A stretch of DNA of 60,594 nt, the filler included. It is 5 parts of 5 records of this genome, joined end to end, with 100 filler letters (N's around TTAATTAATTAA, not from the genome) between each part and the next. Parts side by side here need not be neighbours in the genome. Positions count along the whole stretch, not along the records: positions 1 to 18,868 come from DRR723986_564; positions 18,969 to 28,445 come from DRR723986_570; 3 more parts are not named here. The stretch is one strand, 5' to 3'. The position numbers and the translations under genes were made by a program. Below are positions 8,784-19,117 of the stretch, piece by piece. Numbering within the stretch: position 1 is the stretch's first letter; every line of letters starts with the position of its first letter. The notes under the pieces are model-generated. The model was not told where the DNA came from and did not search any database. It saw only the letters and a list, made by a program, of their open reading frames with translations.

Positions 8784-9902
8784 ATGCGATTTCAATTCCC
8801 TGCTTGGCTAGGGTTGGTCTGCGTGTGTGGCATAGTTTCCTGTGGGACTACTGAGGAAAACCCTATAGATGGGCCCACTCAGATTTCTTTGGAGGCACCG
8901 GATTATTTTCCGGGGAATATTGCCATGCCCGCCGACAATCCGCTAACTGAGGAAGGAGTGCAACTTGGGCGGATGCTTTTCTATGAAAAAAAACTTTCGT
9001 CTGATGGTACTGTTTCCTGTGGCTCCTGCCACCAGCAGCAAAAAGCCTTTTCTGATGGCAATCAATTCAGCTTTGGCGTCAACAACTCCAGAGGTGATAT
9101 GAATGCTATGTCACTTTCCAATCTTCACTGGCAAAATAAATTCTTCTGGAACGGCCGCGCTGCCACACTTGAAATACAGGCGGTTCAGCCGATCGAAGAT
9201 CCAAGGGAAATGAATCTTCCAATAGAAGAGGCTGTAAATAGGTTACAAGCTGATGGACAGTATCCGATTCTTTTCAAAAGTGCTTTTGGCACGGAGGAAA
9301 TCACTCCGGAACTGATAGGGAAAGCGTTGGCTCAGTTTGAGCGCACGTTGGTTTCTGCCAATTCAAAGTTTGATGCCTGGATCAGAAATGAAGTAGAACT
9401 TACCCCTGAAGAAAAATTGGGTTTGGAGCTTTTCTTCACGCATCCTGATCCCAAGCTGCAGCTTCGCGGTGGGAATTGTAGCGATTGTCATCTGGGATTT
9501 CTTACGGCAGGGGATCCAAATGGAATTGCTGGCTTTCACAATAATGGTCTGGATTCGGAAGAAAACCTAGCTTCAGGTCTGATGGAAGTCACATCCAATG
9601 CCTTTGATAAGGGAAAATTCAAAGCGCCCAGCTTACGAAATATAGCCCTGACAGCTCCCTATATGCATGATGGTAGATTCGGAACTTTGGAAGAAATACT
9701 TGATCACTACAATGATCACATTCAAAACAGCGGTACGCTTGATGTGTTGATTTTGGAAGCCAGCAATGAACTTCCAAACGGCTCCGAAGCCGTCAAGCTG
9801 CATCTGAGTGAGGAAGAAAAAAAAGCAATTATTGCTTTTCTCCACACACTTACGGATCAGCAATTTATAACCAACTCAAAATTCTCTAATCCTTTTAACT
9901 AA
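8784..9902 (+). CDS. Di-heme cytochrome c enzyme, bCcP/MauG/MbnH superfamily (lipoprotein)
   Basis: 372 aa. Lipobox IVSC, two CxxCH motifs (CGSCH, CSDCH), inter-heme FFWNGRA, FKAPSLRNIALTAPYMHDG. Adjacent to an MbnP gene. Confidence 0.92.
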   Translation: MRFQFPAWLGLVCVCGIVSCGTTEENPIDGPTQISLEAPDYFPGNIAMPADNPLTEEGVQLGRMLFYEKKLSSDGTVSCGSCHQQQKAFSDGNQFSFGVNNSRGDMNAMSLSNLHWQNKFFWNGRAATLEIQAVQPIEDPREMNLPIEEAVNRLQADGQYPILFKSAFGTEEITPELIGKALAQFERTLVSANSKFDAWIRNEVELTPEEKLGLELFFTHPDPKLQLRGGNCSDCHLGFLTAGDPNGIAGFHNNGLDSEENLASGLMEVTSNAFDKGKFKAPSLRNIALTAPYMHDGRFGTLEEILDHYNDHIQNSGTLDVLILEASNELPNGSEAVKLHLSEEEKKAIIAFLHTLTDQQFITNSKFSNPFN

Positions 9903-9926
9903 CTCAGAATTACAAATTTAAAACAG

Positions 9927-10649
9927 ATGAAAAATCTATTATATACAGCATTACTCAGTTCAATTTTGATGTTCTCTTCCTGTGAAGATGTGGAAGTTCC
10001 TGCAACTATGGCAATGGACATTTCTCTAGAGCATAAGCTGGACGGCCAAACTTTAGAACTTAATGGAAAGTCATTTACTCTTCCTTCTGGTGAAGATTTC
10101 ACTCCGAAAAAATTCAAATACTACATCTCGAATGTAGTACTCACCAACACTCAGACAGGAGAAATGTATGAGGAAATGGATAGCTACCACCTCATCTCTG
10201 AAGACGGAAACAAAAGCATTGACCTGGGAATGATCCCTTCTGCCAATTACAACCAACTGACTTTCTCCATAGGCGTGGACGAAGTGGCAAATGGTAAGAC
10301 TGACCAGACCGGCGATTTGGATCCTAACTCCGACATGGCTTGGAACTGGAACACAGGTTACAAATTTCTGGTGCTCGAAGGTGAATTCACCAACAAAAAC
10401 ACCACTGAAAGACAAGGACTTATCATGCATATTGGCACTAATCCTAATTTCCAAACTATCACTCAACCGCTCACAGGAGTAAGAGCTGGCAAAGCTACCT
10501 CTTTAATCCTTGCTGCTGAACTGGATGAGCTATTCAAAGATCCGAACACCCTTCAATTGAGCGATTTGGAGAGTACTACGATCATGTTTGGAGAGATGGC
10601 TGCCAAAGTTGCTGAGAATTATTCTGAAGGTTTTATCACTGTGAAGTAA
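9927..10649 (+). CDS. mbnP: MbnP-family copper-binding lipoprotein
   Basis: 240 aa. Lipobox FSSC, FKYYISNV, FSIGVD, WxW motif DMAWNWNTGYKF, MHIG. Confidence 0.85.
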   Translation: MKNLLYTALLSSILMFSSCEDVEVPATMAMDISLEHKLDGQTLELNGKSFTLPSGEDFTPKKFKYYISNVVLTNTQTGEMYEEMDSYHLISEDGNKSIDLGMIPSANYNQLTFSIGVDEVANGKTDQTGDLDPNSDMAWNWNTGYKFLVLEGEFTNKNTTERQGLIMHIGTNPNFQTITQPLTGVRAGKATSLILAAELDELFKDPNTLQLSDLESTTIMFGEMAAKVAENYSEGFITVK

Positions 10650-10656
10650 TTCCTAT

Positions 10657-10682
10657 CCCGGGGGCTTTATCCCCCGGGTTTT
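10657..10682 (+). terminator. Intra-operon GC-rich hairpin plus T-run
   Basis: CCCGGGGG-CTTTAT-CCCCCGGG-TTTT between the mbnP stop and the next ATG. Confidence 0.6.
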
Positions 10683-10685
10683 AGT

Positions 10686-11747
10686 ATGAAAACCTATCAG
10701 AAATTTCTTCTGCTAACAGCCATAAGCCTGGCAACCGCCTGCGCCCAGGATGTAGATCCTACAGAGCCAATCAGTGCGGTCAATTACTTTGTCCCTAAGC
10801 TCTCTCCTACCCTTCAGGTAGCTGGATTTCCACAGCCGGAGCGGAATATGGTGTCAATAGAGGGAATTGACTTGGGTAAAAAGTTATTCTTTGACCCAAA
10901 TCTATCTGCGAATGGCAAGGTTTCCTGCGCCAGCTGTCATAATCCAGAACTGGCTTTTACCGACGGAGTGAGCCTAGCTGAACATGGTGTTTCGGGAGAA
11001 AAATTGCACCGCACAGCTCCGGCGATTTTCAATCTGGCCTGGCAAACTGAAGGATTATTCTGGGATGGCGGCGCACATGATTTGGAGTCTTTGAATTTTG
11101 GCCCACTGACTCATCCAGACGAAATGGGAGCCGATCTTGACGAAATAATCACATATCTGGAGCATGATCCTGCATACAAGAAGCAGTTCAAAGTAGTTTT
11201 TCCTGAAGAACAAATTGAAAGTGCACAAGTAAGCCGGGCGATTAGTCAATACGTGAGAACGCTGATTTCCCAAGATTCCAAGTATGACCGCTGGCAAAGG
11301 AAGGAAGCTTCTTTGACTGATCTAGAGATCAAAGGGTATCAGCTTTACCAAAAAAACTGCTCTAGTTGCCATCAGGAGGGGCTTTTCACTGACCGAAGCT
11401 TTCACAACAATGGACTAGACAAAACCTATCTCAATCCTCCAGAACTGGAAGGTTTGTACCAAGGTCGTTTTAGAATCACCTCAAATCCTCAGGATATGGG
11501 AGCATATAAAACTCCAACCCTTCGCAATATTGCCCTAACAGCACCATATATGCACGATGGAAGATTCCAGACTTTGGAAGAGGTGCTCGACCACTATCAA
11601 AATGGCATCCAGCTCAATGAATCGCTGGCTTCCCAATTAACAAATGGGATAGCTATAAATCAGCAAGAACGAGAGGCATTGCTGGCATTTCTGGCTACTC
11701 TGACCGACTCCCTATTTATTCAAAATCATCATCCAAAATCAAACTGA
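10686..11747 (+). CDS. Second di-heme cytochrome c enzyme, bCcP/MauG/MbnH superfamily (lipoprotein)
   Basis: 353 aa. Lipobox ATAC, CASCH and CSSCH, LFWDGGA, YKTPTLRNIALTAPYMHDG. Confidence 0.92.
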   Translation: MKTYQKFLLLTAISLATACAQDVDPTEPISAVNYFVPKLSPTLQVAGFPQPERNMVSIEGIDLGKKLFFDPNLSANGKVSCASCHNPELAFTDGVSLAEHGVSGEKLHRTAPAIFNLAWQTEGLFWDGGAHDLESLNFGPLTHPDEMGADLDEIITYLEHDPAYKKQFKVVFPEEQIESAQVSRAISQYVRTLISQDSKYDRWQRKEASLTDLEIKGYQLYQKNCSSCHQEGLFTDRSFHNNGLDKTYLNPPELEGLYQGRFRITSNPQDMGAYKTPTLRNIALTAPYMHDGRFQTLEEVLDHYQNGIQLNESLASQLTNGIAINQQEREALLAFLATLTDSLFIQNHHPKSN

Positions 11748-12802
11748 TGAAATCATCCTATAAGAAAATAATACTCCTAAGTTTTATCTGCATTTCATTT
11801 CTCGGAATGCAAAAAAGCTATGCTTGCGATAGCTGTAATTTCTTCGAGTACAGCCTACTCCAAAACAAAAGCTATTTGGGAGTATTCTATAGATACAGAG
11901 GCTTCAATGACTATAAAAGTTATACTTCCATCACGCCGGCTACCCAAGCCGTTTTGACTTATCCACAGCAGCAATCGACTAAGTTACTACCTGGAAATTA
12001 TCCCATTATCATGCATGAGCCTGAGGGAAACAATCTTTATGTGCAAAAATCAAAACAAGACTTTGAAACCTATCAAACCGTCGAGGTGAGAGGGAATTTT
12101 ACTGTAAAAAATAAATGGAACTTCACGGTAGTATTGCCTTATGAATTCAACAAGGTGTACTATGAAAATTACCTTGACCTTCCTAACCCTAGCCGCGACA
12201 CTACCTTGTTTGTTCAAGGATGGGGGGATTTGACTTTGGCAGGCGACTACATTTGGATGGTTTACAATCAAAAATCCAGACATACCATTCGCCCAGGATT
12301 TGCCATGAATTTACCTACAGGACAGGCTTTGGTTCGGTCAGATAATGAAAACCAAGATTACTTTGACCCCATCATACAGCCTGGGAAAAATGCTTTTGCA
12401 TTTATACCACGAATAAATTATCAGTGGTTTCTAAACAATCAAGGCGTAAATGCGGGAGCAAGCTATCAATTCAGTACCGAGGGAGCTCAAGACTATCAGG
12501 CAGGCAACAGTTTTAATGCTTACGCGATATATTTCCATCAATTCCAGGCTAGTGAAAAAGTGCTTTTAGCTCCCAATGCAGGAGTATATTATGAGGCTTC
12601 GCAAAAAGATCTATGGGATGATGTAAAGCAGGATCTTACAGGTGGAAAAGTAGCTTTTGCGCAAATCGGAATGGATTTAAATATCATTCAAACTACTTTA
12701 AATTTAGTATACCAGTATCCCATTTCCCAAAACCTAAATGGTAACCAGATCATGCATTCGAGCAGATTGAGTGTGGGGATTGTCAGGAATTTCAAGCTAT
12801 AA
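11747..12802 (+). CDS. Putative outer-membrane beta-barrel transporter with N-terminal CxxC
   Basis: 351 aa. Signal peptide ending SYA then CDSC; GWGDL motif; alternating amphipathic strands; TGATG translational coupling to the upstream gene. Confidence 0.65.
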   Translation: MKSSYKKIILLSFICISFLGMQKSYACDSCNFFEYSLLQNKSYLGVFYRYRGFNDYKSYTSITPATQAVLTYPQQQSTKLLPGNYPIIMHEPEGNNLYVQKSKQDFETYQTVEVRGNFTVKNKWNFTVVLPYEFNKVYYENYLDLPNPSRDTTLFVQGWGDLTLAGDYIWMVYNQKSRHTIRPGFAMNLPTGQALVRSDNENQDYFDPIIQPGKNAFAFIPRINYQWFLNNQGVNAGASYQFSTEGAQDYQAGNSFNAYAIYFHQFQASEKVLLAPNAGVYYEASQKDLWDDVKQDLTGGKVAFAQIGMDLNIIQTTLNLVYQYPISQNLNGNQIMHSSRLSVGIVRNFKL

Positions 12803-12822
12803 CCAATACAGAGTTGTACAAC

Positions 12823-12855
12823 AAAAAAGAGTCCCACAAATGCGGGACTCTTTTT
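12823..12855. terminator. Bidirectional intrinsic terminator
   Basis: AAAAAA-GAGTCCC...GGGACTC-TTTTT between convergent operons. Confidence 0.9.
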
Positions 12856-12883
12856 ACAGGTTACTATTCACATCAATCACGTA

Positions 12884-15289
12884 TTACAACGTATCAACTT
12901 TCTTCTTCCTCCCTGTATAGGTGAAGGAGGTTTTACCTACCCTAAGTTCGGTGCGTCTATTCAACTGGTGCATCGCTTCTGTACAGCTGATAGAATTACA
13001 ATCATTGACTGGTTTAGTCTCTCCAAACCATGTCTCTTCCATTCTATTGTCTTCGATTCCTCTCTGAATTAAATATTTCTTAACCACATCGGCTCTACGC
13101 TCTGATAGCGGTTTGTTGTATTCGTCAGAACCTCTTTGATCAGTATGCCCTTCTATGTATAACATTAAGTTTGGCATACGCTTCAACATAATCGCTGTAC
13201 GTTCTAGCTCCTTCTTATGCACTGATCTCAACATTGATTTATCAAAGTCAAAGTAGATTGTCGGAATCGCTGCAAGCTCTTTTTGTATATCTTCAAAAAG
13301 AGTTTCTGGATCGCAGAAATTTAGGTCTTTAAAGCTCTCAGGAATTTCGTACTGCTTACTCGGGTCCGGGAAGGCTTCAAGGATCAACTCTGATCTTCTA
13401 TTCATTTGATGATCCACTTCATTACATGGCTTACCATTTCCACAATCATTCACCAATTCCTGCTCACCGAACCATTCTAGTCTGATTCTATCGGCAGAGA
13501 TATTATGCTGCGCCATGTACTCAGTCACCGCTTTTGCTCGGTTATTAGAAAGGATAATGTTATACTCATCGCTTGCTCTTGAGTCAGTATGAGAAGCAAC
13601 AAGTAAATCCAGGAATGGATATTTGTTCATCATCTCCCCTAGTTTATCAAGAGCTGGTTTTGCATCATCTCTAATTTTAAACTTATCCAAATCATAATAA
13701 ACTATATCAACATATACTGGCAATTGGTAAGGAATAGCAATTAAAGTATACTCCCTTTTCACCGTATCTCCTTCAAAACCCTTCGTTGTAATACTCTCGT
13801 CAGTCACGCTGAAGTATCCTGGCTTCGAAATTACAATTCCAAAGTCACTATCTGGCTCCAGTTCGGCTAGAAGCTCACCTGTAGCTCCTCTAGTAGTCTG
13901 CACATTACCATTTTGAGTTTTATCTCTTAAGGTAGCCATGTAACTATCCGTGATGACCAAACCTTCACAGTCAATTACTCTTGCTAGGAATTGCTTATAA
14001 ACATCTTGGATAGTGTATATATCATCGAGGCCTTGTCCACCTTTTCTATTAGAAGAAAGATATACTTCCTCCTTACCTTTTTCATTTAACACTTCACGAT
14101 ATGCAAAATCATCAGCTAGGGAATTAATAGGCATTCCCATATTTTGCACATTGCTAAATTGGGTAGCAGTGTAATCAGACTGAAACACATCCATTCCCCC
14201 AACACCTGGATGTCCAGTTGAGCTGAAATAAAACTTATCATCTTTTCTGAAAGCATGTGATTCATTACCCGAAGTATTGATGGTAGACCCTAAATTAACA
14301 GGATCTCCAAATGTCATGTCAGCATCATAGGTAGCATAGTACAAATCCGTTCCACCCATACCACCTGGCATATCGGAAGTGAAATACAACCTCTTAGCTT
14401 CCTCATCTACATAGGGGTTCATTACAGCGTATTTAATAGAATCGTTGAAGGGAACTGGGTAGAAACCTTCCATCGTTCCATCTTCATTCAATTTGCTATA
14501 GTAAATCTCTGGCTGAACAACAATATCATCTCTCTTCTTAATTTTTTTAATATCTCTTGTGATAGAGTAGAAAAGAATACCCTGTCCCTTATCATAGCTT
14601 GGATCAGAGAAGTTGTATGTTCCTGGCACATTTGAAACAAGCTCAGTTACATTTCCGGTAGTATCTTGCTTGTAAACTGAAAAATATTCGCGATCTGTAT
14701 AATCACTTTTTTCATCACTGAAGTACTTATTCTTAGCATCAAACCTTAAGCTTGGCATTTCACTAGGATAAATTCCTCCTCGATCCGAAACGAAATATTT
14801 ATTTCCATTTGAATCCACAGCCAAATCAAAATCCGAACCTGTAGAATTTAAACCTTCAGCAGGTTCTAACTTAACCTTTCTCTTACTCTGAAGCGTCAAT
14901 AATTTAGCAACGTCCAAACTATCTGCCGATACTCCTTTAGCTTCTATGATACTTACTGCCTCTTCAAAATTATCTGTTAATTGAGCAGCTCTAAGGAACT
15001 GTGCATAATCAGAATTAGTCGCTTCATCATATCCTACTGTAGTCTTCCACCACTCATAAGACTTGTCATAATCACGGATGATATCCTCTGCACCAGCTAC
15101 TTTTTTAGCAGTTTCATAATTTGGCTTATTAGCATAGGACTGCTCATACACTTCCAAAGCATGGGTGTAGTTCATCAACTCCATCTGCTTGTCGGCATAT
15201 CGGATTTTGCTTTTCTGCGCTTCTGTAACTCCAACTGATCCAAAGATCATGGCTGCGGTAATACTGAGTATTGTAAATGTCTTTTTCAT
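12884..15289 (-). CDS. PorE-like protein: TPR, beta-propeller (PD40-like) and two OmpA-like peptidoglycan-binding domains
   Basis: Likely start is MKKTF at 15289. YFTSDMPGGMGGTDLY and YFSSTGHPGVGGMD repeats. Two OmpA domains (SHTDSRASDEYN...RRSE and GHTDQRGSDEYN...RRTE). Confidence 0.88.
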   Translation of the reverse strand: MKKTFTILSITAAMIFGSVGVTEAQKSKIRYADKQMELMNYTHALEVYEQSYANKPNYETAKKVAGAEDIIRDYDKSYEWWKTTVGYDEATNSDYAQFLRAAQLTDNFEEAVSIIEAKGVSADSLDVAKLLTLQSKRKVKLEPAEGLNSTGSDFDLAVDSNGNKYFVSDRGGIYPSEMPSLRFDAKNKYFSDEKSDYTDREYFSVYKQDTTGNVTELVSNVPGTYNFSDPSYDKGQGILFYSITRDIKKIKKRDDIVVQPEIYYSKLNEDGTMEGFYPVPFNDSIKYAVMNPYVDEEAKRLYFTSDMPGGMGGTDLYYATYDADMTFGDPVNLGSTINTSGNESHAFRKDDKFYFSSTGHPGVGGMDVFQSDYTATQFSNVQNMGMPINSLADDFAYREVLNEKGKEEVYLSSNRKGGQGLDDIYTIQDVYKQFLARVIDCEGLVITDSYMATLRDKTQNGNVQTTRGATGELLAELEPDSDFGIVISKPGYFSVTDESITTKGFEGDTVKREYTLIAIPYQLPVYVDIVYYDLDKFKIRDDAKPALDKLGEMMNKYPFLDLLVASHTDSRASDEYNIILSNNRAKAVTEYMAQHNISADRIRLEWFGEQELVNDCGNGKPCNEVDHQMNRRSELILEAFPDPSKQYEIPESFKDLNFCDPETLFEDIQKELAAIPTIYFDFDKSMLRSVHKKELERTAIMLKRMPNLMLYIEGHTDQRGSDEYNKPLSERRADVVKKYLIQRGIEDNRMEETWFGETKPVNDCNSISCTEAMHQLNRRTELRVGKTSFTYTGRKKKVDTL

Positions 15290-15291
15290 AA

Positions 15292-16266
15292 TCAGAACCA
15301 TCTTTGGTTTTTCATTACTGCTGTTTTTGGAGTGATATAGTAACCTACAGATAGCTCATGAGAGTTATTTCTGTAGTTGCTAAGCACATTGAGGTTATGG
15401 TCATAAGCATAACCTAATCTTAAACGCTTGGTAGCGTAGATCTCAACAATCGCCGCAACTGCATTTCGACTGTTTAGATTCTCTTGCAAATTATCATTCC
15501 AGATCTTGATATTACTTCTGTAAGACCCTCCTACCCAAATCCTCTCAGCGAATAAAAACATCGCATTGATATCATAATTGGTAGGAGCTCCTTTGACTTC
15601 CTTAATTAAGAAGCTTGGCTTGAATTTGACAGTTTTGCCCAAATCAAACAGTGCTCCTGCGGTTAAATAATAGTGAAAATCATGATAGGCTAAGGCAACA
15701 TCTTCTTTCTCCAGTGACTTCTTACCAATCATATTGTATACACTGAAACCTGCATAGAACTTTTTGGTGTTGAAAAACAACCCTGTGTTGAGGTTAGGTG
15801 CGGTTAGATTGATTCTTCCGTCAGGAATTTCGCTATCAGGATAGTCATTAGGATCGAGCATGCTTCCATCAATGGAATATTGTGAAAACCCTGCACTGAC
15901 TCCTAGTCCTAATTGACTATTTGCTCCTGTTTGTATACGATAAGCATAGGTCAACAAGCCTCCTGTGGTTTTTGTCGGCCCTAAGTTATCACTCAGAAAC
16001 GATACCCCGAATCCCATTGAACCTTCGTTAGCAGACAAATCTGCTGTAACTGTGAAGGTCTCGGGAGCCCCAGGGAAATTAACCCACTGGCTGCGATAAG
16101 TAGACTGAATGTAGCCCTCCTGTTTATAGCCTGCATATCCTGGATTAATATGTAACCCGTTAAAGATATACTGGCTGAACTGCGGAAGCTGCTGCCCAAA
16201 AGTCCCCCCGGTGGCCAATATGGCCACCAGAAAGGTCATTCCAATGATTTTAAAAGTAGTTTTCAT
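15292..16266 (-). CDS. Type IX secretion system PorP/SprF-family membrane protein
   Basis: 324 aa. QQLPQFSQYIFNGLHINPGYAG, YRSQW, LGYAYD, SHELSVGY. Confidence 0.95.
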   Translation of the reverse strand: MKTTFKIIGMTFLVAILATGGTFGQQLPQFSQYIFNGLHINPGYAGYKQEGYIQSTYRSQWVNFPGAPETFTVTADLSANEGSMGFGVSFLSDNLGPTKTTGGLLTYAYRIQTGANSQLGLGVSAGFSQYSIDGSMLDPNDYPDSEIPDGRINLTAPNLNTGLFFNTKKFYAGFSVYNMIGKKSLEKEDVALAYHDFHYYLTAGALFDLGKTVKFKPSFLIKEVKGAPTNYDINAMFLFAERIWVGGSYRSNIKIWNDNLQENLNSRNAVAAIVEIYATKRLRLGYAYDHNLNVLSNYRNNSHELSVGYYITPKTAVMKNQRWF

Positions 16267-16302
16267 ATGCTATCTATTTTCTTCCTGTCCGTAGACCAAT
16301 GA

Positions 16303-18868
16303 TTAGTCTTTAATTACCTGTATCCAACCTTTGTACTCATGTTCTTGACCACTAGTGTCTACACCTTTTAGTATGTAGAAGTAGGTGCCAGCTGTCTGAC
16401 CAGGAGCATTCCAATCATTCTTATAATTCTTCTGCTCTAGAACATGGTCACCATATCTGTTAAAGATAGTTATCTCGGTGCTTACAAATATATTAATTCC
16501 TTCAATTTCAAAAGTATCGTTATCTCCGTCATTATTAGGAGTGATCACATTTGGTATGTGGAATGGCTTAATTGTATTCACATCGTCATCCTGATTATTA
16601 GAATCATCAGTATCATCTTCATCAGATCCAATAATCACTGTATTAGTAATTGTACCCGGTGTTACTGCTTTCACCTTAACTCTTATAGTGATGGTAGCTC
16701 CAGCTTCCAGTGCAGGAATCGTCCAAGTAATGGCACTTCCTGACACATTATCACTAACCGTAGCATTTGTACTATTTGAGGTTACAGTGTTACTGATGTA
16801 AGTCACCCCAGCAGGAAGGTTATCTGTCACAACCACATTCGTCGCCGGCGTATCTCCATTGGTGATGACGATCTCATACTCAAATTCGTCACCTTCAAAT
16901 ATTTCAGCCTCAAAGGATGTTTTGGTTACTCCAAGATCCACTTCATCATTCATCAATCTGAATACAACTAAGGCATCATCTTGGTTATCTGGGAATGCTG
17001 TTTCACGAAGAGTATACTTCAATGTATATTCTCTTGCTTCGTTCACTCCTGGGATCAAGCTCAACTCTCCATTTTCATCGATCAATAGACCTACGATTCC
17101 GTCAAGTTCTGTGAATTCAAAGTCCACATCAGCAGGATCAGGACGCTGACCTTCAAGCAGATCGTTATCTAGGATATTTCCTAACAATCCGCCATAGCTT
17201 AAGAAGTAAGTACCAAAGTCGTCATCATTTGCAATAATTCTCACTTCAGCTTCCAGACATCTGATTCCGAAGTCCATATCAAGGAATACAACTTCAGATG
17301 CGGTGGCAGTTCTTGTATGAGAGTTATCAGTCGTTACACCACATCTCGTTTCAAATCTGATACCTTCATTGATACCCTGTGTTCTAGCACCTGGATCTGG
17401 TAAGATCTTAATCAAACCTGTATCTCTAATGAATACAGCTTGCTGACTTAAGAATTCATCAACTTCAATAGTTGCTGTATAGTCTCCTAGCCCGGCATCT
17501 GGTCTAGATCTCCAGTATCCAAGGATACCGATAATTACATCATCAGTGTAGCCGTTAGGTCCAGTGACAATGATATTTGCACTTTGATCATTACCGAATC
17601 CAGCCTTATTCAATTCGCCTTCATTCTCAGGACCATCATATCTACCATCACCATTTAGATCAAACCATTCCCATTCTCTAATACTGATAGGAGTACTGTT
17701 TATAGGATTCTTAGTTACCTGATCATCGTTATTTGCATCGAACCATTCGTTCTGTTTTCCGTCGCCGTTCAAGTCAAACCATACAAAGTCTCCAAGAACA
17801 ACACCATCATAGGTTTCGTAGCCGAAGTCATGTGTTTGATACTTACAATTCTCAATGAAGGTAAAGAACAAGGAACTTTCTACTGGATACAATCCTCTAG
17901 CACCATTCAAGTTGGCATCCTGTACTTGTACCAGGTATTGACCAGGAGCGAAATCTTTAAATGTATATCGACCATCTGCACCTGTCACTAATATCAGGAT
18001 ATCACCAGGGGTAGACTCTTGTGGAACCAAAGTAACTGGCACACCAGCCAATGGCTCACCCGTTTCATTGTTGTAAAGGATGCCTGTGATAAGCGTACCA
18101 TCGATACAACCAATTTCCACTACATGATCATCCTCTTCCGTAATTGGACTATCAGGATCAACAGGATTTGTCGCTGTAACTATCGCAACATTGATTAAGC
18201 TTTCCTGCTTCGCAATATCAGAGGCTGTCACAGTGTAGGTAGTGGTAAACTCAACCTCCTCTTCTGGTAGCAACATCGTGATTGTTTCAGAGAAATTTGT
18301 CATTGGATCATTTACTTCCACATTTACCAATGGTGCTGTTCCCGTATTGGTCACTGTGATAGTGTAGGTTATTACTTCTCCAATTTCATAGACTACCGTT
18401 TTATCAGCTGTCTTGTCTATTTGAATGCCTGCAGTCAGATCTACAGTAACAACCGCATTATCTTCTGCTTCCACTGGAGTACCTGTATTTTCATGGACCG
18501 CTTTCACTGTGGCTACATTCAGAATAGGTTCTCCGCTAAGTATGTCTTCCAAAGTCACTGTGTAGGTGGTCTGGAAGCTTCTTTCTTCTCCTGGAACCAG
18601 CGTGAGTGAACCTAGTTCCAATCCTGTTTTAGGATCTTTTAGCTCACCACTTGTAAGTGTTACATTACCCGTGTTTTTCACCAATAGAGTATAGTTCAAT
18701 ACCACTCCTTCTTTGCTTACCGAACTTACATCAACTGATTTGTCCAATGTAATAGAAGGCATAGGGACTATTGGTGTGGTCTCTTCCGTTTCGTCTGTCG
18801 GAGTTTCATCATCAGGACTATCTCCTCTAGTAAGAGCAGTATTCAATACTGAACCAGCGTCTACATCT
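16303..18868 (-). CDS. Large T9SS cargo with type B (gliding-motility-associated) C-terminal domain and DUF11-like repeats; 5' end cut by contig edge
   Basis: Repeats of K(S/T)xD...YTITVTNTG; SdrD-B-like LGDFVWFDLNGDG; CTD IPNVITPNNDGDNDTF...IFNRYG...GTYFY...KGWI. The frame is open to the gap. Confidence 0.92.
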
Positions 18869-18968
18869 NNNNNNNNNNNNNNNNNNNNNNNNNNNNNNNN
18901 NNNNNNNNNNNNTTAATTAATTAANNNNNNNNNNNNNNNNNNNNNNNNNNNNNNNNNNNNNNNNNNNN
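18869..18968. other. Artificial contig spacer
   Basis: N44-TTAATTAATTAA-N44 (stops in all six frames); base composition shifts across it. Confidence 0.99.
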
Positions 18969-18998
18969 TCGGGGGTTCAAGTCCCTCCTCCGCTACCA
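18969..18998 (+). tRNA. 3' fragment of a tRNA (T-arm, acceptor strand, CCA); resembles alphaproteobacterial tRNA-Met
   Basis: GGGGG-TTCAAGT-CCCTC-CTCCGCT-A-CCA. The anticodon is cut off by the contig edge, so the isotype is from recall only. Confidence 0.8.
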
Positions 18999-19083
18999 CA
19001 TTTCCCAAACTAGATGTCTGACGAGCTTGCGTGAAAAGCAATGGCAGATGCGCTGTGCTTGTCCGGGCCCCATACTTGGCCAG

Positions 19084-19117
19084 GCCCCGTAATTGGCCAT
19101 GCCCCGTAATTGGCCAT
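19084..19117 (+). repeat. 17-bp perfect tandem duplication
   Basis: GCCCCGTAATTGGCCAT twice. Confidence 0.9.

Noticed and set aside
8784-11747. Calling the locus a methanobactin biosynthetic cluster or MauG/methylamine dehydrogenase system
   Set aside because: No MbnA/B/C or mauAB-like genes lie between the operon's promoter and terminator.
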